Positions 17,830-26,697 of a stretch of 30,314 nt of DNA are shown piece after piece. How positions within the stretch are numbered: the stretch's first letter is position 1; each line of letters opens with the position of its first letter. The stretch lies in the IMG/VR virus record IMGVR_UViG_2675903650_000004, positions 1 to 30,314 of that record; one strand, 5' to 3'. The notes below the pieces were generated by a model. It saw nothing but the letters and a program-made list of their open reading frames with translations, was not told the DNA's origin and made no database searches. The stretch comes from a virus (Duplodnaviria; Heunggongvirae; Uroviricota; Caudoviricetes). Both the position numbers and the translations under genes were made by a program.

Positions 17830-20300
17830 CAGAACCCCCCAACAGTAAGGCGAGGAATAACGGCAAGAACAGACAGCGGCAACGGGTCAAGCTGACGGAT
17901 TCTTACACGTCCGTTTTTTCCCCAGTTACTGTCCAGTTTCACATCTACTTTTCCGGTAGCGTCATCAACAGGATCATCGTAGAACTCGAATTCACGCTGT
18001 GGATATTCGTACCATTTACCGCCGGGCGTAGTCGCCCAGATGCCGCGACTGGCATTCACCACCAGGGTAACGGACGGGATCACCTGTTTTTTGTCCAGCA
18101 GTGTTTCCTGTCCGTTAATGTTGATATCCAGTGTTTCGAATTCAGAAGTTATTGGCAGGCCGATGTGCACTACAGCCCCCGGTGATTCCAGCGTGACGGC
18201 ACCTCCGGAAACCACTTTCTGTGGTTCCACGTTCGCATCAGAGAGAATGTTTACGGTCTGGCCTTCAAGATGAGACAGGCCTCCAAATGTCCGGCGCGCC
18301 ATCTGCCAGTTCGTGGTGGCCGCATTCCTGAGGGATGGCGGGACGTTCCTGTTGGCACGAACCACTACAGCGGTATTGCTGGTTACAGAAATAATGTCGC
18401 AACGTAATTCTTTTGACACTTCATCGCCAGTATCAGGATCAGTTCCGGTATAAGGGAACTGTAGTTGCGCGTCGACATCACTACTGGTGAAGTACGCACC
18501 ACCAGAAACACTGATTGTATATTCCGTACGGTAATCCCATTCACCAGAACCACCAGTGATGGTCATTGTTCTGTCAGACGTATTTCTTCCATCATAGCTA
18601 AGGCCAGAATCAACAAAGAAAGCATCTTCATCGCTGGTAAATAAACGGCTGGACAGTCGCTCGATGTATCTCACTGTTTGCCCGTTAACGGTTCGGTTAA
18701 CGACGAAATACACCGCATCTTCATTGCCTTCGCTGATACTGCATGTGCTTTCATATTTTCCGGTACTGGATTGTGGTGCCCATGCAAAAACCTGCTGATC
18801 ACGCAAATAGGTCATCACCAGTAATTTACCGTCATCACGAATGCAGAAGGCACTGGAGTAAGGGACAATCGAGAAGCACCAGTCAACAATGCTGTGCTTC
18901 TGAAAAAGATGATTGGCAAGGATAGTAAGGTCGTTCCCCTGATAGCCGTCAACATCGAATGAGTAGGCCAGATCACGGACAACACTGCCTTTCTCCTGGA
19001 CGAACAGAGCAATATTCGCCACGGCAATTGGTGGGACATTGCTCGAGCCATTTGATCCCTGAGAGCTGAATGCAAATGATGATGGGGTTAACACTTTGTT
19101 CTGGTCGCCGGTGATGACGTACTCACCTCCGGAAGTCAGTGCCACCAGCGAACCGACATCAATCAGGTGACGGATCTCATTAACCTGACGCCCGGCATAG
19201 GTGTAGATAATTCTGTCGTCATCCTGCGTAGGATTGCTTTTACCAAAATCCTTATAATCACCGGTACGGCTGGCCCAGATAGTCTGAGGGAACGCAGTCG
19301 ATGCGGCAAAGTAAAGACGTTGTTGATAATAAACAACAGTGCCAGGATAACCGTTAACACTGTTCCAGGCATATTTAGCCCATTTATAGCTTGCATTATT
19401 CGCACCAACTACCTGCGAAGGGATATAGGAAATCACCTCGGCAGTTGCAGTAGTTCCATTTGCAGCAGTGATACGGGCAATGCCAAAACCACTGTGCAGA
19501 TATTCCCACTCAATGCCGGTATCATCATCACCGGATCCGCCCCAGCCATCCCATGATGTGCCTTCTGTATGCGAAGGGCGCAAAGTGCATGTTTTGCCTG
19601 CTGTAACGGCGCGATAGTAGTTACTGTCTGCACGGCGAATATCGCCAATCGACGTACTCTTACTGGTTTCCCATACCGGTACTGAATCCACTGCTGGCTG
19701 TTCCAGATAGAACAATTTGCCTACCTGCTCCACGCCAAAAATAGAGGCGCTTGCCGTTAACGTAATTGTCCCGGTGCTGGCGCTGGCATAAACCGTCACT
19801 GACTCGTCAATATTGATATCTTCAAATGGCCCGTTCTTCGTTACCACATCAACCAGTTGCCAGTTGTCATGCGCATAGCGGCGCAACTCTTTCGGCGGGT
19901 ATGCCGGATGAACCAGCGTAAGCACGTCTGCGCTTTGCGTGAATTTAATTCTGAACAGATCGGCTTCAGTATATGGCGTGGCAATTTCATAAATAACATT
20001 GCTGCTGTTCAGCACCAACGCACCATCTTTGATAACGCGCATGTACTGGTGTCCGAACTCCAGAGCATAAGTCTGAACCGTCGAGAACTGGAACGGGATC
20101 AGGCGGCATTTCCGATTTGGGTATTTGGCGGCACCGACAAAACGCGTACCAGGTCGATTCTCAACGCCGCCATACTGCCGCACGATAAAGTTATCGCACT
20201 TGCGCAATGCCACCTGGTACTTCGCCATGTCGATACGTCCGTACAACGACGGTCCAATCTCACCACCAGCAAAGCTGGGCTGGATCCAACTGATAGCCAT
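17829..20300 (-). CDS. tail tubular protein B-like (nozzle, T7 gp12-like)
   Basis: 823 aa; N-terminal pattern MAISWIQPSFAGGEIGPSLYGRID...NRPGTRF and size consistent with podovirus nozzle proteins. Confidence 0.75.
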   Translation of the reverse strand: MAISWIQPSFAGGEIGPSLYGRIDMAKYQVALRKCDNFIVRQYGGVENRPGTRFVGAAKYPNRKCRLIPFQFSTVQTYALEFGHQYMRVIKDGALVLNSSNVIYEIATPYTEADLFRIKFTQSADVLTLVHPAYPPKELRRYAHDNWQLVDVVTKNGPFEDINIDESVTVYASASTGTITLTASASIFGVEQVGKLFYLEQPAVDSVPVWETSKSTSIGDIRRADSNYYRAVTAGKTCTLRPSHTEGTSWDGWGGSGDDDTGIEWEYLHSGFGIARITAANGTTATAEVISYIPSQVVGANNASYKWAKYAWNSVNGYPGTVVYYQQRLYFAASTAFPQTIWASRTGDYKDFGKSNPTQDDDRIIYTYAGRQVNEIRHLIDVGSLVALTSGGEYVITGDQNKVLTPSSFAFSSQGSNGSSNVPPIAVANIALFVQEKGSVVRDLAYSFDVDGYQGNDLTILANHLFQKHSIVDWCFSIVPYSSAFCIRDDGKLLVMTYLRDQQVFAWAPQSSTGKYESTCSISEGNEDAVYFVVNRTVNGQTVRYIERLSSRLFTSDEDAFFVDSGLSYDGRNTSDRTMTITGGSGEWDYRTEYTISVSGGAYFTSSDVDAQLQFPYTGTDPDTGDEVSKELRCDIISVTSNTAVVVRANRNVPPSLRNAATTNWQMARRTFGGLSHLEGQTVNILSDANVEPQKVVSGGAVTLESPGAVVHIGLPITSEFETLDININGQETLLDKKQVIPSVTLVVNASRGIWATTPGGKWYEYPQREFEFYDDPVDDATGKVDVKLDSNWGKNGRVRIRQLDPLPLSVLAVIPRLTVGGF

Positions 20301-20905
20301 CAGGACAACCTCGCAATGGTAAACTCATCAACCGGTGGCTGAGGTTCCTGTGATTCATTCTGGCTATGCGAGCCAGCACTAAGAATCTCGCGATTGTACA
20401 TATTGAGGGCAAACGTACCGAGGTCTGCATTCCCAGTCAGCGCCATGTTAATAGCTGCCGCAAGACGCCAGGCCAACGCCTCCATAAAAATGGCATCAAA
20501 CATGTTCACATCTGAAACGCGAGAGACATACTTGAGCCATGCCTGCGGCTGGTCTGTGTAGATCAATTTTCCTGTTCCGTTGGTGTCTGCACCAACTTCG
20601 TACTGAACGCGCATTGCTGCTGTTGGATTGCGTACACCAGGAAGCATAATTTCAGTAATGCGCAGACAATCGGACGGGTACTGGTACGCATATTCCCAGT
20701 CAGGCGGTGGATTGCTCGTATCTGCAAGCGCCACGCGTTTGGTAGCAAAGTTCCAGTCAAAATCAGAAAGCACAGCATCACGGCAGGCCTCAAAGTGCAG
20801 CGAACATTCCCCCGCTTCCTTGCTGGCTTCCGTCAGGCTGTTAATGCTGCGGCTGTTGCCAATATTGGACAGCGCACGATTGCAGATCTCTACTACAGAG
20901 GCCAT
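20300..20905 (-). CDS. tail tubular protein A-like / adaptor (T7 gp11-like)
   Basis: 201 aa immediately upstream of nozzle gene, stop/start overlaps; N-terminus MASVVEICNRALSNIGNSRSINSL resembles gp11-type adaptors by pattern. Confidence 0.6.
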   Translation of the reverse strand: MASVVEICNRALSNIGNSRSINSLTEASKEAGECSLHFEACRDAVLSDFDWNFATKRVALADTSNPPPDWEYAYQYPSDCLRITEIMLPGVRNPTAAMRVQYEVGADTNGTGKLIYTDQPQAWLKYVSRVSDVNMFDAIFMEALAWRLAAAINMALTGNADLGTFALNMYNREILSAGSHSQNESQEPQPPVDEFTIARLS

Positions 20906-21228
20906 TACTCACCCCCATTGCCGTACAGAGTTTCAGCCGCTGATTTTTCTACATCACCGGAAACAGGAGCGATTGCCATATCAGTGATCTGCAGATCGGC
21001 GCTGCGATTAACACCATCGTCAGTTTCTCTGGCAGACAGGCCTCGAATAACAGCCTTTGCAGTTATCATCACTTCTGTTCCGACGCCCTGAGGTTGCGCC
21101 TTCAGCTTATTCAATGTGTCGTTATTCAGCGTGATGCACAGCCCCCACGGGTATTCATCGCGAGTTCTGGTTTCTCCGCTCTCATCCTGGTAGCTGTCAG
21201 TGCCGGTTTTGAGGTTTACGAGTTCCAT
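20905..21228 (-). CDS. hypothetical head/tail structural protein
   Basis: ORF 20905..21234; ATG at 21228 (MELVNLK); in late operon. Confidence 0.55.
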   Translation of the reverse strand: MELVNLKTGTDSYQDESGETRTRDEYPWGLCITLNNDTLNKLKAQPQGVGTEVMITAKAVIRGLSARETDDGVNRSADLQITDMAIAPVSGDVEKSAAETLYGNGGE

Positions 21229-21278
21229 ATACACTCCTGCAATAAAGGGGCCGAAGCCCCTTGTCTGATTCGCGAGGC

Positions 21279-21614
21279 TTACACGCCCAGTTCTTTACGC
21301 TTATCTGCGATCTTCTCGCGGAGCGTTTCGGCTTTGGCGTTATGGTGTGGCTTCTCGTTAAAGAGCAATTCGTACTCTTCACGGAGCTTATCCAGTTCAC
21401 CATCATCTGACACATCGTTGATGATTTTGGTGCTGGTTGCTGCCATTGACACCTTTCCTGCAACTTTTGCTTTTGCCTGTCTGGCTGCATCGTTAACAGG
21501 TTCCAGTGCGCTACCAGGCTCACCTTCGTATTCGATTTCTGCCCCCTCCGGCCACAGAGTGTTATGGATATGAGAGAGGCGCAGAACGCGGTATCTTGGT
21601 TTCTCACCTGACAT
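21279..21614 (-). CDS. hypothetical structural protein
   Basis: ORF 21279..21623; ATG 21614 with AAGGTGA RBS. Confidence 0.55.
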   Translation of the reverse strand: MSGEKPRYRVLRLSHIHNTLWPEGAEIEYEGEPGSALEPVNDAARQAKAKVAGKVSMAATSTKIINDVSDDGELDKLREEYELLFNEKPHHNAKAETLREKIADKRKELGV

Positions 21615-21624
21615 CAATATCACC

Positions 21625-22062
21625 TTAACCAGTTACTTTTGAGCGGATCGGATACGGCGTATTGGCATCAACATCAAGACTGATACCCGCAGTGAATTCG
21701 CCAGCCGTTAGTGGGCCAGTTGCGACGGAGTAGTTAACACGCAGATATCGCTGAACACCGGCAGGCACCTTTGCAGAAACAACTCGTTTACCTGCTGTCA
21801 GGGCGGTCTTTGCCAGTGCGCCACTATCATAAATAGTGGTCCATGAGCTGTTATTCTCACTCGTCTGCAACTGGATGTTTACAGTTGCATCACCGCTTGC
21901 CGCGGCGGCTGTGTTAACCAGCGCCCAAAACTCAAGCGGGTAACCTACGCCGATATCACGACGTTTTCCGTCAATTGGACCGAGATCGATTACGTCAGTA
22001 GAAGCCGCGGTATTCGTAACCGCCTGAGCTTCGGAGAACATCAACAGTTTGTCGGTGATCAT
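21625..22062 (-). CDS. putative capsid decoration / cement protein
   Basis: 145 aa, Ala/Thr/Gly-rich beta-type composition, directly downstream of major capsid gene. Confidence 0.55.
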   Translation of the reverse strand: MITDKLLMFSEAQAVTNTAASTDVIDLGPIDGKRRDIGVGYPLEFWALVNTAAAASGDATVNIQLQTSENNSSWTTIYDSGALAKTALTAGKRVVSAKVPAGVQRYLRVNYSVATGPLTAGEFTAGISLDVDANTPYPIRSKVTG

Positions 22063-22113
22063 CTTCTTTCTCCATTAGTGGGTCTGTTACGACCCACAGG
22101 TTAATAACAGGCG

Positions 22114-23100
22114 TTACACCACGCGGGCTTCTGTTTCCAGAAGCGCATCAGTTTCACGGATTGGTACACCACGGAATGAAGTCCACCACTCGCCTTCAGT
22201 CTCTTTTACGCTGATAGCCAGAGATGTTTTCTCCAGAGATTGCAGATCAAGAGCCTGGCCTACAGTGCGGTTCATGTAGAACACCGGGCGACCCATGCCA
22301 CGGTTTGGAATGCGATGCAGTGCTTTAACCATCAACTTCGCAATATTTGCGGCAGAGGAAGGTTCTGAAAGATTGCTGACATCGATGTTTGCAATGCGAA
22401 CAACATAACGCCAGTCACGCAGAGCAAGTCCGTTGTCCCATTTGTAATGGGTACGGTAGCCTTCGTACTTGCCGCCATTAACATCTTCCAGTGTCACCTG
22501 GCCTTTATCTTCCATCTGGATGCCAGCCTTCTGCCCTTTCGGGAAGATGCCATGCACGGTGTTTTCGCCCCACACCACTAACCAGATTGAGGTGTTATCT
22601 GTACCCGTGCCACCAGCATCAATGATGTTCTGAGCATTACCCGCAGACAGGCTGGAATAGCGGGAGGACAGTCCCATAAACTGCTGAGGGTTAACGCTGG
22701 AATCACCATAAAACAACGTCTGCGCCATCTGCTGATTCATCGCTTCAATAAATGCGCGGTCTTCAGACAGGCGGAATTCGGCGGTATTACCGTTCAGATC
22801 AGCCAGTGACTTATCGACTTCAGCATAGGTTTCCAGCATTCCAACGGAATCGGTGACCTGCACTGTGGTTGATTTGCTTGGCTGTACGCCATAGTTCAGC
22901 AAACGCCAGGTGGCTGAAGGTAAACCAGAACGAATGGTGGTTCGGTGTCCGGTAGGAAGGTTCCCTTCGACAAAAGGCATATCCTGAAGGATCGGGTTAG
23001 TTTGACCGAGAAGCTCGATAATCTTATCGACTTTCCCGTTTGGATCGACGCGCTTACCCCAGTCAGCCAGCGTTAGCGCAGTTAAGCCTTTAACAGCCAT
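22114..23100 (-). CDS. major capsid protein
   Basis: ORF 22114..23106; ATG 23100 with GAGAGG RBS 8 nt upstream; about 330 aa, downstream of scaffold gene. Confidence 0.85.
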   Translation of the reverse strand: MAVKGLTALTLADWGKRVDPNGKVDKIIELLGQTNPILQDMPFVEGNLPTGHRTTIRSGLPSATWRLLNYGVQPSKSTTVQVTDSVGMLETYAEVDKSLADLNGNTAEFRLSEDRAFIEAMNQQMAQTLFYGDSSVNPQQFMGLSSRYSSLSAGNAQNIIDAGGTGTDNTSIWLVVWGENTVHGIFPKGQKAGIQMEDKGQVTLEDVNGGKYEGYRTHYKWDNGLALRDWRYVVRIANIDVSNLSEPSSAANIAKLMVKALHRIPNRGMGRPVFYMNRTVGQALDLQSLEKTSLAISVKETEGEWWTSFRGVPIRETDALLETEARVV

Positions 23101-23114
23101 TGTCATTTCCTCTC

Positions 23115-23810
23115 TTATTTGCCATAGAGCACTTCGGCCGCACTACGCTGGCCTTCATTACCACCGGTGACCATGCCATCTTCAGACATCGCCTTTCCGA
23201 TTTTCACGAACGTTTTGACCAGATCAGGGTGATTACCCAGCCCGGTGGTGTTCAGATATTCTTTGAGCTCAGGTGTCCCGAACTGGTCAAGCGCACGCTG
23301 TGCGGCGCTAAGGTTAGAAATCAACTTGTCGCCACCGATTTCTTTGTCAGCTTTTACATCCGCAGCCCACTGCTCGGTTGTTTTCTGCCAGGCTTCTGCC
23401 TGGCGCTGCTGAACACCTGCCAGAATCTTCGGATAAGCATCAACCAGCTTTTGCGCTTGCTCGTTGGTCAGGTTAAGTTCTCGCGCCACCGGCTCGAATT
23501 CCTTCAACGCTTCTGTATCCAGCTCTACGCCTTCGGCAGCCTGAAACTCGTACTTCTCAGGCGCACCCTCTGGTTTATTGCCGTCCTTTTTTTCATCCTG
23601 CTTATCGTTTTCAGGCTTTTTGTCATCAGCAGGTTTATCGCCATCAGCAACAGGTTGTGGCTTATCACCTTCCTGTTGTGATGGATCACCAACTGGAGCA
23701 GGGTTATCACCTGCAGGCGCTGACGGTTCTGACGCAGCCGGAGCTGCTCCACCATCGACTGGTTGCTCATTGCAAAGACGGCGATACAGCAAACGCTCAA
23801 ATAAATTCAT
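23115..23810 (-). CDS. scaffolding protein
   Basis: ORF 23115..23816; acidic, Pro/Ala/Asp/Lys-rich low-complexity N-half and helical C-half; between portal and capsid genes. Confidence 0.75.
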   Translation of the reverse strand: MNLFERLLYRRLCNEQPVDGGAAPAASEPSAPAGDNPAPVGDPSQQEGDKPQPVADGDKPADDKKPENDKQDEKKDGNKPEGAPEKYEFQAAEGVELDTEALKEFEPVARELNLTNEQAQKLVDAYPKILAGVQQRQAEAWQKTTEQWAADVKADKEIGGDKLISNLSAAQRALDQFGTPELKEYLNTTGLGNHPDLVKTFVKIGKAMSEDGMVTGGNEGQRSAAEVLYGK

Positions 23811-23812
23811 GA

Positions 23813-24109
23813 TCACTCCTGTTCACTGGCCTCTTTGGCCATCTTCAAATACTGTTCAGGGCAATGCGCCATAACGCGCTGAAACAGTTCCAGCGCCAGA
23901 TTGCGTTGCCCCTCATTAAATGCCATTGCCATAGCGTCCATCGGTGAGATAGCGGAAAACACACGGCCTTTCTCCAGCACCGACCAGACAACGCGACGCC
24001 CCTGTTCACTGCTCATGACAAAGCGAATGTCATCAATTTCACGCTGCGCCATGTCACGTTGCTTACGGGCGTTTTCTTCTTTCAGTTGATCGTCTTCGTA
24101 ATCTGTCAT
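23813..24109 (-). CDS. hypothetical protein between portal and scaffold genes
   Basis: 98 aa, acidic; 4-nt overlaps on both sides. Confidence 0.6.
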   Translation of the reverse strand: MTDYEDDQLKEENARKQRDMAQREIDDIRFVMSSEQGRRVVWSVLEKGRVFSAISPMDAMAMAFNEGQRNLALELFQRVMAHCPEQYLKMAKEASEQE

Positions 24110-25470
24110 TGTGATTGCCCACCCTGACCACTAACTGCATTCGCCATAGCTGACAAAACACTCGGATCCGAAGTTTTAGCTTCGCTTAGCGTCTTGGCAC
24201 CCTGTGCCGCCGCCATCCCCATCGCCATCATTTGTTGCTGCTGTTGCTGCTGTGCCCGTTGCTGGCGAGCCTGCTCAACCTGTTCCTGCGGAACAATGAC
24301 GGTTGGAGACACTCCGGACATATCAGCGAATGCATCGATCGCCTGATCAACGTTGAGTTTGTCGAGAGCTTCTGGTTTCGCTTGCGCAAGTTGACCAATG
24401 AAGTTAACCGTGGACGCCAGACTGGACAGGCCGATAGACTTCTGAGCCTGAGCCATGACGGAAATGTATTCGACCTTCAGGGGCATGCCTTCCATCGCGT
24501 CAGGCGGTGGCGGCAACATGTTTTTACGCACCATCATCGAGAAAGCGCGGTCAATGAGAGGATTAAGACATTCGTCGTTCAGACGCTCCAGAACCGGCCC
24601 CAACATCAGAAGTTTTTCTTCTTTCATTTCGATCACCGCTTCAACAGGCATCGAGCGGGTATTGATGTTCTGCAACATCATGAACAGATCGACAAAGTAG
24701 GCGCTGTTAATGATTTGCCGAGTGTCCTGAATGTCTGCTACCAGATCTGCTGTACTGGGGTTAACCAGATAAGCAGGCCTGAAGCCATCCTGACCAGTAA
24801 TCTGATCGATATACGTGATGTCGCCAGGAAGAAGGGAGGCGCGCTGATTCTTGAGGGAAGTCGGAGCAACCATCGGCGGATTGGTGGCTTTATCAATCAA
24901 CTGCGACTTGCGCTTCTGGAGAAGCTGCAATGCCTTAACAGGTCCAAGCGCCAGCATACCCGGGCATGATGATCCATAAACATCTTCGCCGTTAACTTCC
25001 CAGCGCGGAGCCATAATTGGAAACTCATCGAATCCTGACTCACGCAACAACTTGTCGTTATCGCCACCAACCTCGTAATAAACCGATTTGAATGGCTTGT
25101 TCTTGCTATCCAGCTTCGATGTATCGCGGTCAATGTTCGGGTAAACCGAATGCATCACTTCAATCCACTTCTCGTAGGTACCGCTTTCCCACATGCTTTT
25201 TACGGATTCGCTGACGTTATTTAGCCCGAACTCCTGAACAAGCTGACGAACAGTCATAGAGAACTTGCGAAAACAGGTGTCCACACTGCCACGAGGTGAG
25301 TTAGCCAGGTAGTAACTGCCTATCGGGAATGGCATTGTGCGAATGATGTCCTCGTCATCCTCCAGTACCGCCATTGCACCGGTGCTGTATGTGCCGAGGC
25401 TTCCGTATAACTGCGGCAGCGACTGATAGAGATTCGACTTATTGAACATATCGTTCATGCGGTTCTGCAC
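24106..25470 (-). CDS. portal protein, C-terminal 454-aa segment (frame differs from N-terminal segment)
   Basis: Gln-rich C-terminus ...QQRAQQQQQQQMMAMGMAAAQG resembles T7 gp8-type portal tails; begins with GTG immediately after an in-frame stop. Confidence 0.8.
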   Translation of the reverse strand: MQNRMNDMFNKSNLYQSLPQLYGSLGTYSTGAMAVLEDDEDIIRTMPFPIGSYYLANSPRGSVDTCFRKFSMTVRQLVQEFGLNNVSESVKSMWESGTYEKWIEVMHSVYPNIDRDTSKLDSKNKPFKSVYYEVGGDNDKLLRESGFDEFPIMAPRWEVNGEDVYGSSCPGMLALGPVKALQLLQKRKSQLIDKATNPPMVAPTSLKNQRASLLPGDITYIDQITGQDGFRPAYLVNPSTADLVADIQDTRQIINSAYFVDLFMMLQNINTRSMPVEAVIEMKEEKLLMLGPVLERLNDECLNPLIDRAFSMMVRKNMLPPPPDAMEGMPLKVEYISVMAQAQKSIGLSSLASTVNFIGQLAQAKPEALDKLNVDQAIDAFADMSGVSPTVIVPQEQVEQARQQRAQQQQQQQMMAMGMAAAQGAKTLSEAKTSDPSVLSAMANAVSGQGGQSQ

Positions 25471-25784
25471 CCCTCAAGCCACAACTTAACAGGGCCATAA
25501 TCCATCATTTCAGGATCTGGCGTAGCCAGGCGAAACCACGGACGCGCGGGGCTTGTGATGCCTGACATCATGCCGCTGGCGAGAGTGCGCGCCGCCATAG
25601 TCCCGGTCGAATCAATAATGCGTGTATTGCGTCGATCGTTACGGTTGACCTCAGAAGTCAGAAAGCGGGAACCACGCGGGTTGATGTAATCACTCAACTC
25701 GCGCCAGTGCGGCTCGAACGACTGACGCTCGCTTTCAAGTTGTGCGAACTGTTTGTTCAATCGCTCTTTAGTTGTTTCCGCCAT
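25455..25784 (-). CDS. portal protein, N-terminal 109-aa segment
   Basis: N-terminus ...KERLNKQFAQLESERQSFEPHW...ARTLASGMMSGITSPARPWFRL matches podovirus portal N-terminal pattern; ends in the -1 frame relative to the 24106..25470 ORF at a GGGG run. Confidence 0.75.
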   Translation of the reverse strand: MAETTKERLNKQFAQLESERQSFEPHWRELSDYINPRGSRFLTSEVNRNDRRNTRIIDSTGTMAARTLASGMMSGITSPARPWFRLATPDPEMMDYGPVKLWLEGCRTA

Positions 25785-25798
25785 TTCAATGACTCCGG

Positions 25799-26005
25799 TT
25801 ACTGACCAAGCAGCGTTTTACCGCTGGTATTAGCGGTTGATGTGTCGCCCTGAGAACCGGTAAGCAGCGTAGAACTACGACCAGCAGCAGCGCGACGGCG
25901 ACGTGTTTCTTCGTCGCGGGCATCAACAACGGCGGCATCCTGCTCCTGTGGTGCTGCCTGAACTTCTGGTGTTGCAGGCACTGATGGTGAGCTACCCATG
26001 CACAT
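25799..26005 (-). CDS. hypothetical 68-aa protein upstream of portal
   Basis: ATG 26005 with GGAG RBS; RBS region CGGAGTCATTGA is identical to that of the portal gene. Confidence 0.5.
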   Translation of the reverse strand: MCMGSSPSVPATPEVQAAPQEQDAAVVDARDEETRRRRAAAGRSSTLLTGSQGDTSTANTSGKTLLGQ

Positions 26006-26432
26006 ATCAATGACTCCGTACGCAATTAAATTATTACCAATTTAACCACATATGATTTATTTATCGTAGATAGTTGACATTTAACGCACGAATTATTACC
26101 TTTCAGGTAAGCAAAGAGTTCATTCCGGTTATTAACCTGACTGGCTTGTCGTTAAATTGAACAGGTGGAGTGAGCTTTTATTTTGAGCAGTACGGCGTAT
26201 GGCACATGCGCCGATAGCGGTCTGGATACGTTTAAGGGGCACCCTCCCTTGCTCGAGCAAACGAACCAGGTAGCCGGAATGTGCAAGTCGAGCGGTTTTA
26301 TTCCGCGCACGGGGATTCACCATCCCGGCGATTCGGTGTGACGCCTCGGAAGAGACGAGGGTACAACGATGAGAGCATTTATGGAGCCGCGACAAAGTGT
26401 GGCGCCTTAACAGGCTAAGTGCTCTCAGCGTT

Positions 26433-26509
26433 GTGGCATTAGCTCAGTTGGACAGAGCAACCGCCTTCTAAGCGGTTGGTCGCAGGTTCGAATCCTGCAT
26501 GCCACGCCA
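26433..26509 (+). tRNA. tRNA-Arg (anticodon UCU)
   Basis: Cloverleaf read by eye: acceptor GTGGCAT/ATGCCAC, D-arm GCTC-AGTTGGAC-AGAGC, anticodon stem ACCGC/GCGGT with loop CTTCTAA, T-arm GCAGG-TTCGAAT-CCTGC, 3' discriminator G + CCA. Confidence 0.85.
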
Positions 26510-26552
26510 GAATCACGCCTAAGGACCGTGATGCCAGAAGTTCCAGGGGCTT

Positions 26553-26596
26553 GGCGGTGATGGTTTCCCTTGAAGGACTATCACCGCCCTTTTTAC
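26553..26596 (+). terminator. intrinsic terminator downstream of tRNA
   Basis: Long imperfect stem GGCGGTGATGG / CTATCACCGCC followed by CTTTTT. Confidence 0.6.
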
Positions 26597-26672
26597 AGCA
26601 GGACGCCATTGCGATGACTTCATGCTGTAAACCCGTACAGCCACGGAAGGCATAACTCATTGCTTCCAGTTC

Positions 26673-26697
26673 GCCCGGTTCGCCGGGCATTTTTTTA
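26673..26697 (+). terminator. intrinsic terminator with UUCG-type tetraloop immediately upstream of the Gp49-like gene
   Basis: GCCCGG-TTCG-CCGGGC then ATTTTTTT; ends 10 nt before RBS AAGGTGA. Confidence 0.7.

Noticed and set aside
24232-24969. 245-aa plus-strand ORF antisense to the portal gene (and similar long antisense ORFs at 16149..16766, 23100..23681, 2058..2543, 13284..13736)
   Set aside because: They lie entirely inside well-supported minus-strand genes, lack RBS, and have odd composition (Arg/Leu/His/Cys-rich); typical shadow ORFs of GC-balanced coding DNA.
26110-26432. A second tRNA or tmRNA in the leader upstream of tRNA-Arg
   Set aside because: No segment could be folded by eye into a cloverleaf with proper T-loop (TTCRANY) and acceptor stem; the GGGA-TTCACCA-TCCC element is only T-arm-like. 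Left as structured leader pending a tRNAscan/Infernal run.
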